This document shows positions 10,951 to 20,484 of a stretch of DNA of 64,000 nt, piece after piece (position 1 is the first letter of the stretch; the number at the start of each line of letters is the position of its first letter). Origin of the DNA: Halorutilales archaeon Cl-col2-1 (GTDB lineage Archaea; Halobacteriota; Halobacteria; Halobacteriales; Afararchaeaceae); the NCBI GenBank assembly GCA_041891055.1, contig CP169074.1:352001-416000 (forward strand). Direction: 5' to 3'. Under the pieces are notes generated by a model. It was not told the DNA's origin. It saw only the letters and a list, made by a program, of their open reading frames with translations, and did no database searches. The translations under genes were made by a program, and so were the position numbers.

Positions 10951-11165
10951 TTCGACCTCAACGACTACCTAGACGTCGACGATAGTAGCGGAGGCGGCAA
11001 AGAAAGTGTCGACAAGTCACGCGTCCTCGAACCTTTGAGACGGCGGTCGAGTACTACCACGACCAACTCGACACATAACTCCCCCGGGGGTGAGATGTCC
11101 CTACCGTAATTGATCTCGGTACGACGCATATCTGAGCTAACCAACATTTCTTACTCTGATTTCGC

Positions 11166-12260
11166 TCAAGGCTTCCGTAGATAGACAGACACTACTGTTC
11201 CTTCAGGTTCCTGAGTTCGGAACTCGACCTCTCCCTCGGACTTGGATACTATCCATTTCACGATCCAAAGACCTACTCCACTCATATGCCTGAGGGGTGT
11301 CTCTTCCTCCTGATTTAGAACCTCCGTAGTGGTCTCTGGAATACCGGATCCGTTATCCTTCACCTGTATCTCTACTTGGTCGTCAACAGTGTCGAGTTCC
11401 ACGTCAACACGAGGGGACGGTTTATCGTTGTGCTCGATAGCGTTTTCTATCAGGTTCTCAAACGCGAAGTCTATCAAGGGAACTGCAAGGACTTCCTCAG
11501 AATCGGGTAACGTAGTTTGGATCTCAGCTTCCGGATAGTCCTGACTCATCTCCTCAACACAGTCCTGAATTACATCAACTATCTCGATAACGTCTCTCTC
11601 AGATTCGTCTTCGCGGAATATCTCCTCTCCAACACGTATCTTTTCACTAATTCTTAGAAGACTCTCCATCTTCTCCTGTATATCTCCTATGTGTTCGGTG
11701 CCTGAGGGGCAGGTTTCCTCTAGAAGTGCGGCTCTTCCCTTAACCACAGTCGCAGTATTCCTGAGATTGTGGCGGAGAATACGGTTTAGAACTGAGAGCT
11801 GTTGGTTTAGATTTTTAACATGCGACTTTTCTTCCCTCAGATTGTCAGACGCCATCTTACTCCGACTCTCATAGATACCTGTTATCATACCCACAACTGC
11901 TCCCCCTGTCATTGGGTTTACAACCATAGGAACCTGGTGCGCCATTACTACACTATGTACCTCTTGATGTAAAATAGTCAGAACCGACTCGAACCCGAAT
12001 ATCATTGAGATTATTAGAGACCACTCCGCGACACGTAACGTGTAACCGGGCGTTAGGTCACTCAGCATGATCCAGACTCCGCTCATAAGGAGAATTACTG
12101 ACAGAACTGAGGGGGCTAGTATCCCCGAGAAGAAGCTCAACATCGGTTTCTCAGCCTGAGAGAAATGGTATACTTGAAAGGCCAAGTATAGGATTCCTTG
12201 ACCAAGGATGACTGATAAGCCGGCAATGGATTTCAGGTCATCTGAGAAACGAAGATTCAT
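11166..12260 (-). CDS. Membrane sensor histidine kinase
   Basis: About 4 TM segments, NRILRHNLRN H-box, ENAIEHN, DNGSGI, GVGLW; start uncertain. Confidence 0.88.
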   Translation of the reverse strand: MNLRFSDDLKSIAGLSVILGQGILYLAFQVYHFSQAEKPMLSFFSGILAPSVLSVILLMSGVWIMLSDLTPGYTLRVAEWSLIISMIFGFESVLTILHQEVHSVVMAHQVPMVVNPMTGGAVVGMITGIYESRSKMASDNLREEKSHVKNLNQQLSVLNRILRHNLRNTATVVKGRAALLEETCPSGTEHIGDIQEKMESLLRISEKIRVGEEIFREDESERDVIEIVDVIQDCVEEMSQDYPEAEIQTTLPDSEEVLAVPLIDFAFENLIENAIEHNDKPSPRVDVELDTVDDQVEIQVKDNGSGIPETTTEVLNQEEETPLRHMSGVGLWIVKWIVSKSEGEVEFRTQEPEGTVVSVYLRKP

Positions 12261-12402
12261 CCCCTGATGTGTCTTTTCCCCCTGGGCTAATAAATCAGGG
12301 GGAGATAGTATACTATACCTATATTGACAGCTCTCCTCACAACTCAAGGAATTTGTGAATCATAAACTACTTCGCTCGTCCTGAGGACTCGCTCCAAGGA
12401 GA

Positions 12403-12480
12403 GTTCAGAAATCTTTGATGGATGTGTCCTTGAAAATGCTCCGCGTCTCGTCATGCCCTGTAAACCGAAGATTTGCATAT
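12403..12480. repeat. Degenerate triloop-hairpin repeat cluster
   Basis: GTTCAGAAATC-TTT-GATGG and TGTAAACC-GAA-GATTTGCA; loop centres about 26 nt apart. Confidence 0.45.
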
Positions 12481-12719
12481 GAACCCGTCAGGTCGAGCGA
12501 GTAGGAGGAGTTCACCTATTCTCTGGTGAATCTGTCCATCGATTTTCGATAGGGGTTCCGAAATAAACATGAGCGTAGCTGGAATATGAGTATTCATTAC
12601 TTAGACGAGCGTTTTTCTCAAGTATGAAAACGCTGTGACCAGTACTATTTTGGTCACAGTATGTATATCAAATATATGATGATAGCAGTAACTTCTATAG
12701 ACGTCCGGGAGGAGACAAA

Positions 12720-13586
12720 ATGAGCTATGAGGAGTGGACGGAGAACCAGTCATCGACGACTCTAACTGTAGATGATCACGACCTCGAAGTCGCCTACTAT
12801 GAGAACGGCGAAAGTAATGGCGAGTCAACACCTGTCGTTTTCCTCCACGGTATTCCAACATGGTCATATCTATGGCGGGAAGTAGCTCCTGAACTTGCTA
12901 CCAAGCGCCATGTAGTGGCACCGGATCTTCTCGGCTATGGAAACTCCGCAAAGCATGATGGCTTCGACAGATCGATACGTGCCCAAGAAGAAATGGTCGA
13001 TAAGCTCCTCGATCACCTCGGTATCGACGAGGTTTCATTCGTTGCACATGATATCGGAGGTGGTACTGCTCTCCGGTATGCTGTCCACAACCCCGATATG
13101 GTCGAAAGCCTTGTGCTCTCGAATTCGGCGTGTTATGACTCGTGGCCTGTCGAGTTCATCCATAGTCTCGCACTGCCCAGTATGGTAGATGAACTCTCCG
13201 ACGACGAGGTTCTAGAAGATAAGATGTCCTTCGTGTTCGACGAGGGTCTTTACGACGACGATACTGAAAGCCACTCGGAGTTCTGTGAAGGAATGCGAGC
13301 ACCCTGGCAGTCAGAAGAAGGAAGGCTTTCTCTAGTCCGGAATGCTTCTTCGACAAATACCAACCATACCACTGAACTCGACTACAGTAAACTAAAGGCT
13401 AACATTCTCCTACTGTGGGGGGAAGACGATATCCTACAGTCAGTCAACTATGCCAAACGTCTCCAGTCCGACGTGAGTGGTGACGTGAAGCTCGTAACCT
13501 TGGAAGATTCCTATCACTGGGTTGTCGAGGATCGTCCCGATGCCTATCGAAACGAGGTCATGAAGTTCTTCGAAAATAGCTCGTAA
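12720..13586 (+). CDS. Alpha/beta hydrolase (epoxide hydrolase / dehalogenase-like)
   Basis: LHGIPT, PDLLGYGNS, AHDIGG (Asp nucleophile), WGEDD, C-terminal catalytic His. Confidence 0.88.
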   Translation: MSYEEWTENQSSTTLTVDDHDLEVAYYENGESNGESTPVVFLHGIPTWSYLWREVAPELATKRHVVAPDLLGYGNSAKHDGFDRSIRAQEEMVDKLLDHLGIDEVSFVAHDIGGGTALRYAVHNPDMVESLVLSNSACYDSWPVEFIHSLALPSMVDELSDDEVLEDKMSFVFDEGLYDDDTESHSEFCEGMRAPWQSEEGRLSLVRNASSTNTNHTTELDYSKLKANILLLWGEDDILQSVNYAKRLQSDVSGDVKLVTLEDSYHWVVEDRPDAYRNEVMKFFENSS

Positions 13587-13682
13587 TCTCGTTAAGCCAT
13601 CAGTAGTGAACACTCTCCCCATCTCAAATAGACGGCTTAGAAAACCCTGTATACATTCTCGTTGCCATTAGAATCTGTCTCT

Positions 13683-16622
13683 GTATGGCGATTCACCAAA
13701 ACTATTTAGGAGAGTGTATCAATAGATTAAATAGATATAAACCCATTATATACATAGAATAGAGTGTTCGACGTTATTATCCACTCGCTTGAGCATAGTT
13801 ATATTCTTATTTTTGGACTAGCCGCCGTTGTTTGTATTGGGGGAGTGATGGGTGTTCAAACATTTGACCACCCGGACATACGTCGCAGCCTTAGTGGGCT
13901 ACTCCTCCTCAACGGCGTCTGGTCACTCGCAACTGCGTTTCAGCTTTTCGTGACGACCTACGCGATGAAAAGTTTCCTTCATATTGTTGGACTCATTGCG
14001 GGAATCTCGACTGTCTTTGCTTGGCTCTCATTTGCCTCGGCTTACTCAGGTCGTCATTACCACCGAAAGCGTTCTCTTCAGGTAGTCAGTCTGGTATTTC
14101 TAGGCTTTATTTGTCTCCTGAAGCTGACAAATCCGCTCCACGGCTTGTACTTCAGTACGTCAGCTGCTACTGAACCATTCAGTTACCTGAAGATAAATTA
14201 TGGCCCAATACACTGGTTTGTAACCGGATTCGCCTACACAGCGTCAGCAGTTGGGTTTCTCTGGCTATTTGAGTCGTTCGAACGGAGTCTATCCAAGGAT
14301 AAATCGAGACCGACTACTCTCTACGCCCTCGTACTCGTGACTGGGCTTCCAGTAATCCCTTATGTTCTTTCGACATACTCAAATCTACTTCTCAGAATAA
14401 ATTATGAGCCACTCGGGGTCGCTATCTTCGCAGTCGGGGTTGTCTTCTACGCACGTTCGGAGTTTGTGAACCATAGTTCACCCGAGAAGGCCGCTCTCGC
14501 CAAGAACTTCTCGGAGGCGGGTCTAGTTCTCGACAAGTTCGGGGTAGTTATCAATTATAATGACCGAGCAGCCAGAGTTCTGAACACCCCGGGGATACCC
14601 CGTGAACCCTTAGAGGAGATCGACACAGAACTTGCTTCACTTGCGGCTGGGGAGACTAGACACATCAACTACGAGGTTGAAGGGAGAGAACGTGTCTACG
14701 AAGCCCGGCGTTCCCAAGTCACAGAGAGCCTCATCGCTGACGAAGTCATCATTCTGAAAGACATAACGAGGGCGACTCGTCTTGAACAGCTAGTCCGGTT
14801 CTACCAAGATATTAACGAAGCTCTCATCGAGGTGACTGATCCCTGGGATATAATACAGGATATCCCTGAGAGGTTTGCTCAGATTGATGTGTATGATCTT
14901 GTCTGGCTGTATCCGGTTCCTACTGAGGATCAGATCCAACCAGCTACAAGTAACATTGTAAGCAACCAAGAATTAATTAGCGGGGAGGGTACTGTACCTG
15001 GGCTCGTCGCGGGAAAGGCGGACGAGTACGCTACGTGGGCATCTTCGAATGCGGGATTAGAAGAGCCCGTAACTGCCGCAGCACGTCAGAAGCAGAAACA
15101 ACACGTTGCTGTCAGCTCCGATGAGTCTAACACCGAATCTGAATGGAGGCACAGAGCGGGCGAGTATGGTATAACTGACACTTTCGCGGTTCCGATGACC
15201 TTCAGTAATCAGCAGACGTATATCCTCGGGGTATTCAGTACCGCACCCGACGGATTTGACTCAGCTGAAAGAAGGGTGATTGAAGAGATAAGTAAGGGAA
15301 TACCTCAAGCTATCGAGTCGATAGAGACCCACAAGGAGGCGTTACAGTACAAGGAAGCAATCAGACAAGCGGGAGCAGCAATCAGTATAACGGACAATGA
15401 CGGAGTGATCCGGTATGTGAACCCCGCATTCGAGGATCTCACAGGTTATTCAGAGGAGGAAGCAGTTGGTTCCACTCACCAAATTCTAAAATCGGGCGAG
15501 ATGGATGAGGAGCATTACGAGAGCCTGTGGAACACGGTTCTGTCAGGAGATATATTTGAGGAACAGATCATCAATAAAACGAAAGACGGAGACAGGTACA
15601 TCGCCCGACAAACTATATCACCAGTTACTGACGAGGATGGCGATCCAGAGGCGTTCGTGGCTATTCAGCTTGATATCACCGACAAGATTTTGCGCGAACA
15701 ACGTCTCTCTGTACTCAACAGAGTACTGCGCCACAATCTTCGGACAGCCGTCAACGTTATCACCGGAAACACAACGCTACTCAAAGAACGGGTTCAAGAT
15801 GTCATCGGATCGGAAGAACTCCCTCCTGAGATCGAGAGTTCTGTCGAAACCATCCGGAGTAAGGCTGAAGAGATGTCTGATCATGCAGAGACAGCTCGCG
15901 AGATAGAGGAGAAGATCTCGAAGAGTCAGACGGATCAGGTTCGAGTACCTATTGAAAAAGTAGCTCAGAAAGCGGAGAAGGCTGCGGAGTCATTCGATGC
16001 GAATCACTCGGTTGAAGTTAGTGATAATATAGACGAGTATCAAGTCGATGTTGAGACAGTACAAATAATTGAGGAGCTGGTCGAAAACGCGGTGGTTCAC
16101 AATGATAGACCCCTATCCGAGATCAAAGTTGAGATCGAGCTTTCGAGAGCCGACAACGATCTAGTTCTCACTGTCAAGGACAACGGTCCGGGGCTTTCCG
16201 ACCAAGAGCTCGTAGTCGTGGAGGAAGGTACTGAAGAATCTCTTCAGCACAGCAGTGGCTTAGGTCTGTGGATGGTCAACTGGCTAGCGATATCTCTTGG
16301 CGGATCGATTAGTGCTACTACGAGCGGAGACGGAACTACAGTTAGGGTAGTAATTCCTCTTCGAGGGGAGTCAACTCCCTCGTAGAAATCGATTCATAGA
16401 AAAGCACGGGAAGTAGGGCAGGGTGCTAAAAATAGTCGAACTTGATAACGTTATCTTCCAAATGCTGATAGAGTTAAAGTTACTATACTCTCAATCCGGT
16501 CTCAACACCGAGTTGAGATATCTCCTTCCCATGGAATACCTCAGGTATACGCAAGTCTACACAAGCTAACTAACATTTCTGAGGGTTTCATAGAACTGTT
16601 CGGCGTTGGTGAATCGCCATAC
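13683..16622. mobile_element. Putative non-autonomous TIR-bounded element carrying a histidine kinase gene
   Basis: 17-bp perfect inverted repeats GTATGGCGATTCACCAA (13683-13699) and TTGGTGAATCGCCATAC (16606-16622); no transposase. Confidence 0.45.
13764..16385 (+). CDS. Sensor histidine kinase with 7TM, GAF and PAS domains
   Basis: HisKA-7TM-like N-terminus (LTNPLHGLYF), PAS (YVNPAFEDLTGYS), RHNLR, ENAVVHN, DNGPG, GLGLW. Confidence 0.9.
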   Translation: MFDVIIHSLEHSYILIFGLAAVVCIGGVMGVQTFDHPDIRRSLSGLLLLNGVWSLATAFQLFVTTYAMKSFLHIVGLIAGISTVFAWLSFASAYSGRHYHRKRSLQVVSLVFLGFICLLKLTNPLHGLYFSTSAATEPFSYLKINYGPIHWFVTGFAYTASAVGFLWLFESFERSLSKDKSRPTTLYALVLVTGLPVIPYVLSTYSNLLLRINYEPLGVAIFAVGVVFYARSEFVNHSSPEKAALAKNFSEAGLVLDKFGVVINYNDRAARVLNTPGIPREPLEEIDTELASLAAGETRHINYEVEGRERVYEARRSQVTESLIADEVIILKDITRATRLEQLVRFYQDINEALIEVTDPWDIIQDIPERFAQIDVYDLVWLYPVPTEDQIQPATSNIVSNQELISGEGTVPGLVAGKADEYATWASSNAGLEEPVTAAARQKQKQHVAVSSDESNTESEWRHRAGEYGITDTFAVPMTFSNQQTYILGVFSTAPDGFDSAERRVIEEISKGIPQAIESIETHKEALQYKEAIRQAGAAISITDNDGVIRYVNPAFEDLTGYSEEEAVGSTHQILKSGEMDEEHYESLWNTVLSGDIFEEQIINKTKDGDRYIARQTISPVTDEDGDPEAFVAIQLDITDKILREQRLSVLNRVLRHNLRTAVNVITGNTTLLKERVQDVIGSEELPPEIESSVETIRSKAEEMSDHAETAREIEEKISKSQTDQVRVPIEKVAQKAEKAAESFDANHSVEVSDNIDEYQVDVETVQIIEELVENAVVHNDRPLSEIKVEIELSRADNDLVLTVKDNGPGLSDQELVVVEEGTEESLQHSSGLGLWMVNWLAISLGGSISATTSGDGTTVRVVIPLRGESTPS

Positions 16623-16705
16623 GAAGCTTGATTTACTGTTTTACGGCATGTTTGATGTTGTAGACAGAGCAGATCAGGATGAGTTCACGAAACTCTCTGT
16701 ACCAG

Positions 16706-17170
16706 GCACGCTCACGCACGGCTTCACGAAGCACAGCTTCGTTAGCTGAAAATCTTCGATTTTAAGCTGTGCCGAGCGTGCGCTTGATGTTTGAGAAGAC
16801 GGTTTCAGACATGGATCTTTGACCATAGAGAGACCCATCGATTCTGGTGTCGCAAATCTGAGATTTGCGTACATCCAAAAATCAGAGATTTTTGAATACG
16901 TTATGCGCCTGATCGATGGGTCGGAACTCACGGTGTTTGGTGAGTGGTGCTTATCCGTAGACAGTGGAGAGAAACGATGGCGTAATCCGCGAAGCCGCCA
17001 CCCTGCTCTGGGGTGGCGGCTTCGCTCCGACCACCGACATCATGAACTCCGTTCATGAGCCTCAAAGCTCCGCTTTGAGACAGCGTTTTTAGCTAATGTC
17101 ACGACTCTATCAGTGATGTGTTGTGAATCTTTGATTCACATACGTTGGAACGCAAGCGTTCCAAAACGGG
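16706..17170. repeat. Palindrome cluster: branched element, three pairs of triloop hairpins and a 15-bp stem
   Basis: Stems at 16706-16781, 16851-16894, 16989-17025, 17040-17079 and 17122-17164. Confidence 0.75.
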
Positions 17171-17304
17171 AGATTTTGGATATGTCATCGAAAACTTCCC
17201 GCTTCATCTCCTTTGCATTAGTGGCTTAATCCAACGCAGTCTAGTGATTCACCAAAACCAATTGAGGAAAGTAAGATTGGTCTAGAAGATCAAAACTGGA
17301 AGGA

Positions 17305-18234
17305 TTAGGATGACGAAGAAGAGACGTTTTCGATCTCTAACTCACCTTCCATTCCGTTCTTCTCTATCTCGATCTCAAACTCCTCTTCAGGTACCTGAAC
17401 AGTGATTCTCCCGGTTTCGTTCGTTCTACCAACATCTTCGTCGTTCACACTCACGCTAGTGTTTGTAACAGCCGAGCCGTTTACTGTAGCTGTGACTGTC
17501 ACATTTTCGCCAGCCGTGACATTTCCTTCAACATTAATATTGACTCTCTGTTGACTGTCTCCATCCTCGTCGTCTTTGTCGTCTTTGTCGCCTTCATCCC
17601 TCACTCCGCGTTCGTCTTCTTCTTCATCTTCCTCATGTTCATCATCTTCTCTATCTACCTGATTCATGGGGACATCAGTACCTGACTCACTGACTACTGG
17701 TTTGAGTATGTACTTGCCGCTCTTTCCAGCTTTGTGTACTGAGATATCGAACACGAAGTCAATGGACTCGTTGTTGCCTACTGTGAAGTTCTTGTTGACG
17801 TGTAGCTTTTCGCTCGGGAGCTTGACGTTGACCTGTTCTCCATTGTCAAGTGTGGCGTTAATCTCATCAACGTACACGAATACCTTACTGTAGGTGCCGT
17901 TGGGGACGTCGTACTCGTCGATCATGGTTGCGTTCTCCCCCTTTAGCTTGGTCAGGTCGACAGTCACATTGTCGACCTCGTGAGTCTCCCAGTTAGACTG
18001 ATTCGACGACTCGTTTACGTTTACGCGATTAAATCCGACTTCAGTAACTGTGACATTTAGGTGCTCGAAGTCGTCAATTGCGTTCGGCTGATCACTTATG
18101 TATAAGTTGACTGTGCCAAGATTGGTGTCTTCTCCGTCATCTGTTCCAGCATCTCCTCCATTCATGCCGCCGGTACAGCCGGCGAGCGCTACTAAGCCTA
18201 CGACCGCTACTATACCGAGTGTTTTCGTTCTCAT
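17305..18234 (-). CDS. Lipoprotein, DUF4382-like
   Basis: Lipobox LAGC, ISDQPNAIDDFEHLNVT, VKLPSEKL, acidic linker. Confidence 0.8.
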   Translation of the reverse strand: MRTKTLGIVAVVGLVALAGCTGGMNGGDAGTDDGEDTNLGTVNLYISDQPNAIDDFEHLNVTVTEVGFNRVNVNESSNQSNWETHEVDNVTVDLTKLKGENATMIDEYDVPNGTYSKVFVYVDEINATLDNGEQVNVKLPSEKLHVNKNFTVGNNESIDFVFDISVHKAGKSGKYILKPVVSESGTDVPMNQVDREDDEHEEDEEEDERGVRDEGDKDDKDDEDGDSQQRVNINVEGNVTAGENVTVTATVNGSAVTNTSVSVNDEDVGRTNETGRITVQVPEEEFEIEIEKNGMEGELEIENVSSSSS

Positions 18235-18318
18235 TTTCTATTGCTCCGGTTCCTCCTTAGTACCCGTGTGTACTTTAGTACCCGTAGAAGTCCGACTAAA
18301 TCCAACTGTCTGTGATTA

Positions 18319-18417
18319 GTTTTCAGTAGTTTTCACTCGTTTTTATCGTCCGGGAAACGTACAAACGACTGAAAAAGACTGCAAGAGGGTCAAAAAGAAA
18401 CAGAAAGGCGTGAAAAC
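18319..18417. promoter_or_regulatory. Phased 10-bp repeats in a divergent promoter
   Basis: GTTTTCAGTA/GTTTTCACTC/GTTTTTATCG followed by inverted copies GACTGAAAAA/GACTGCAAGA/GGGTCAAAAA/GCGTGAAAAC. Confidence 0.5.
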
Positions 18418-18470
18418 CACTCGGAGTTTCTTCTGCTTTTATTGCCGGTGGGGGTGTACATAGGACTACG

Positions 18471-19223
18471 ATGAAACAGAAAATAATAGCGACCTCGGCT
18501 TTAGTCATACTCCTCATGTCCGTAATGACACTCCCGGCGGTGTCCGCGCAGGAAAACAGTACTGACTCAGAAGTAAGGGAAAACTCAGGACTTTCGTTAG
18601 GACATCAGATCCAGGTAGTCGTCGAGTCACAGAGAAGTAAGGTCGTCGGAGACATCGAAAGAGAGGTGTTCAAACACTCGGTTGAGAACGCGAGCAATAA
18701 GTCCAGAGTAGTCAACCAAAAGGTCGAAGAAATACATAAGAGAACCACGGAAGCAGAACACGAACGCCAGAGACTTCTGGAACAGCTCCACAACGGATCT
18801 ATACAGCCACAGGAGTTCGCCGTCAAGATGTCAGATATAAATAATCAGATATCAGTGGCAGCGAGGGATATGAGAAAAGTGAACGAGACTATACAGAAGA
18901 AGGATATCAACAACGTAAGCCGAGAAGAGATGAATAGTTTCGAGAACAAAACACCGGTGAGTCCCGGGGTTCTTAGAACTGCGAACCAGGCACTTGATCT
19001 TGCACTAAATGCCGTTAACATGAGTGGTCAAGAGATTGCCCAAAAGGCAAGAAATATAGGGGGACAGAACGCTCCGGAAGATCTCATAACTGACAACTCG
19101 GGTAAGCCTAATAATGTATCCAGAGGAGTTCCTTCTGATGAAAAGCAGCCTAGTAAAGTTCAGGATCAGACCCAGGGAATGAGTGAGGCGGGTGAACTAC
19201 CCAGAGGTCAAGTTAAGCGATAG
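18471..19223 (+). CDS. Secreted helical hypothetical protein
   Basis: Sec signal peptide, coiled-coil core, MSGQEIAQKARNIGG motif. Confidence 0.75.
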   Translation: MKQKIIATSALVILLMSVMTLPAVSAQENSTDSEVRENSGLSLGHQIQVVVESQRSKVVGDIEREVFKHSVENASNKSRVVNQKVEEIHKRTTEAEHERQRLLEQLHNGSIQPQEFAVKMSDINNQISVAARDMRKVNETIQKKDINNVSREEMNSFENKTPVSPGVLRTANQALDLALNAVNMSGQEIAQKARNIGGQNAPEDLITDNSGKPNNVSRGVPSDEKQPSKVQDQTQGMSEAGELPRGQVKR

Positions 19224-19369
19224 GTCTCTGGTGGCACTCTGCGACCATTTGCCGTTGTTTTTCCAGTTCGAAGAACGATGTTTTTTCTGGAAGAGTTTCC
19301 GTTGCTCCCGTTCAACTTGCAGTAGCGCGGAGTCCCCCTTGAGGGAGAAGGCTTAGCGCCTGCTATCAG

Positions 19370-20011
19370 CTAAACGAACTTTATTCCGAGATCCTTGAGA
19401 CCGTTCTTTATGCCTATATTTATAAGGAGGGGTGTTACGCTCTCTATCTGTGCGGCGTTTCCGAGGCTTCCGGCGTCGAGTGCGTTGACGCCTTCCACCG
19501 ACTCGACGACCTCGACTGCGGTCTGTTTCGCGTCTGCCTCCCCGAAGACGGCTATGTCGACTCCGAGTTCGGCGTCAGGGTCGGCGAGACGTCCCGCGGC
19601 TATGTTGTGGAAAGCACCCGCGACGCCGACCGAGTCAGGAAGACCGTCACGCACGATCTGTGCCGCGCTTCCCTCTTCGGGTCTGTCGTACTTGAAGCCG
19701 TCCTCGTCACGTTTCATGCTCGTGACGGGGGATATGACTGTCTTTTCTTCGTCTGCGACCTCGGCGACCTGATCCACGACGTCAGGGAGGGAGCCGAAAG
19801 GAACCGCGAGGACGACGACCTCGGCTTTAGCTGCGTCGGCGTTCGATCCGCTCTTGACTTCGACTCCCGTCCTCTCGGAGTACTCGTCGGCGGCTTCTGA
19901 TGCTCTGTCCTCATCCCTGCTTCCGACTACGACTTCGTGCCCAGCCTGAGCGAGACGCACTGAGAGACCGCCTCCGAAGTCACCCGTGCCTCCTATTATT
20001 CCTATTCTCAT
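19370..20011 (-). CDS. npdG: NADPH-dependent F420 reductase
   Basis: GGTGDFG, VGSR, LAVP, SAAQ, GAFHN, ESVTPLLI. Confidence 0.93.
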   Translation of the reverse strand: MRIGIIGGTGDFGGGLSVRLAQAGHEVVVGSRDEDRASEAADEYSERTGVEVKSGSNADAAKAEVVVLAVPFGSLPDVVDQVAEVADEEKTVISPVTSMKRDEDGFKYDRPEEGSAAQIVRDGLPDSVGVAGAFHNIAAGRLADPDAELGVDIAVFGEADAKQTAVEVVESVEGVNALDAGSLGNAAQIESVTPLLINIGIKNGLKDLGIKFV

Positions 20012-20120
20012 ACTTACTTAGTATGACGCCGTGGGAGTCGTTATAGATTGCGTTATACAGACGCAAGGCGGAGTCAAAGCACAATTCTTATACTTGTACC
20101 GCGATACTGTTAGAATGCGC

Positions 20121-20192
<72 letters not shown>

Positions 20193-20195
<3 letters not shown>

Positions 20196-20390
20196 AATTT
20201 CTCTGAAATTTGCACGGAACAGAATTGTAGATTCTGTGACGTTCGCTAATCTCTGATTAGCGTGCAAGCAAATCTTCGATTTGCGAACGTATGCAAATCA
20301 AAGATTTGCGAGCCTGCGAGATCAGAGATCTCGGAACGTTCGGAAATCTTCGATTTCCGAGCCAGCGAGAACGGAGTTCTCGGAACGGGA
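20193..20390. repeat. Tandem array of 8 triloop DNA hairpins (about 24-25 nt period)
   Basis: Loop centres at 20203, 20228, 20253, 20276, 20301, 20325, 20350 and 20374; variable stems, C-NNN-G loops, ACG-type and GCC/TGC-type linkers. Confidence 0.9.
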
Positions 20391-20484
20391 GAAAAACTCG
20401 TTCCCTCCTTGTGGGATTTTTCTATTTCTTCAGAGTCTTCCACTTTCGACGTATTTATCCAGGAACTGTGGTTACTTCCAATAG

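Noticed and set aside
16674-17058. 85-aa and 79-aa ORFs
   Set aside because: They cross repeat hairpins on opposite strands and show no motifs.
13634-17112. Fragments resembling other IS ends (GGCTTAGAAAACCCT, AGGGTTTCATAG, CTGATAGAGT/ACTCTATCAG)
   Set aside because: They are too short and degenerate to assign without a database.
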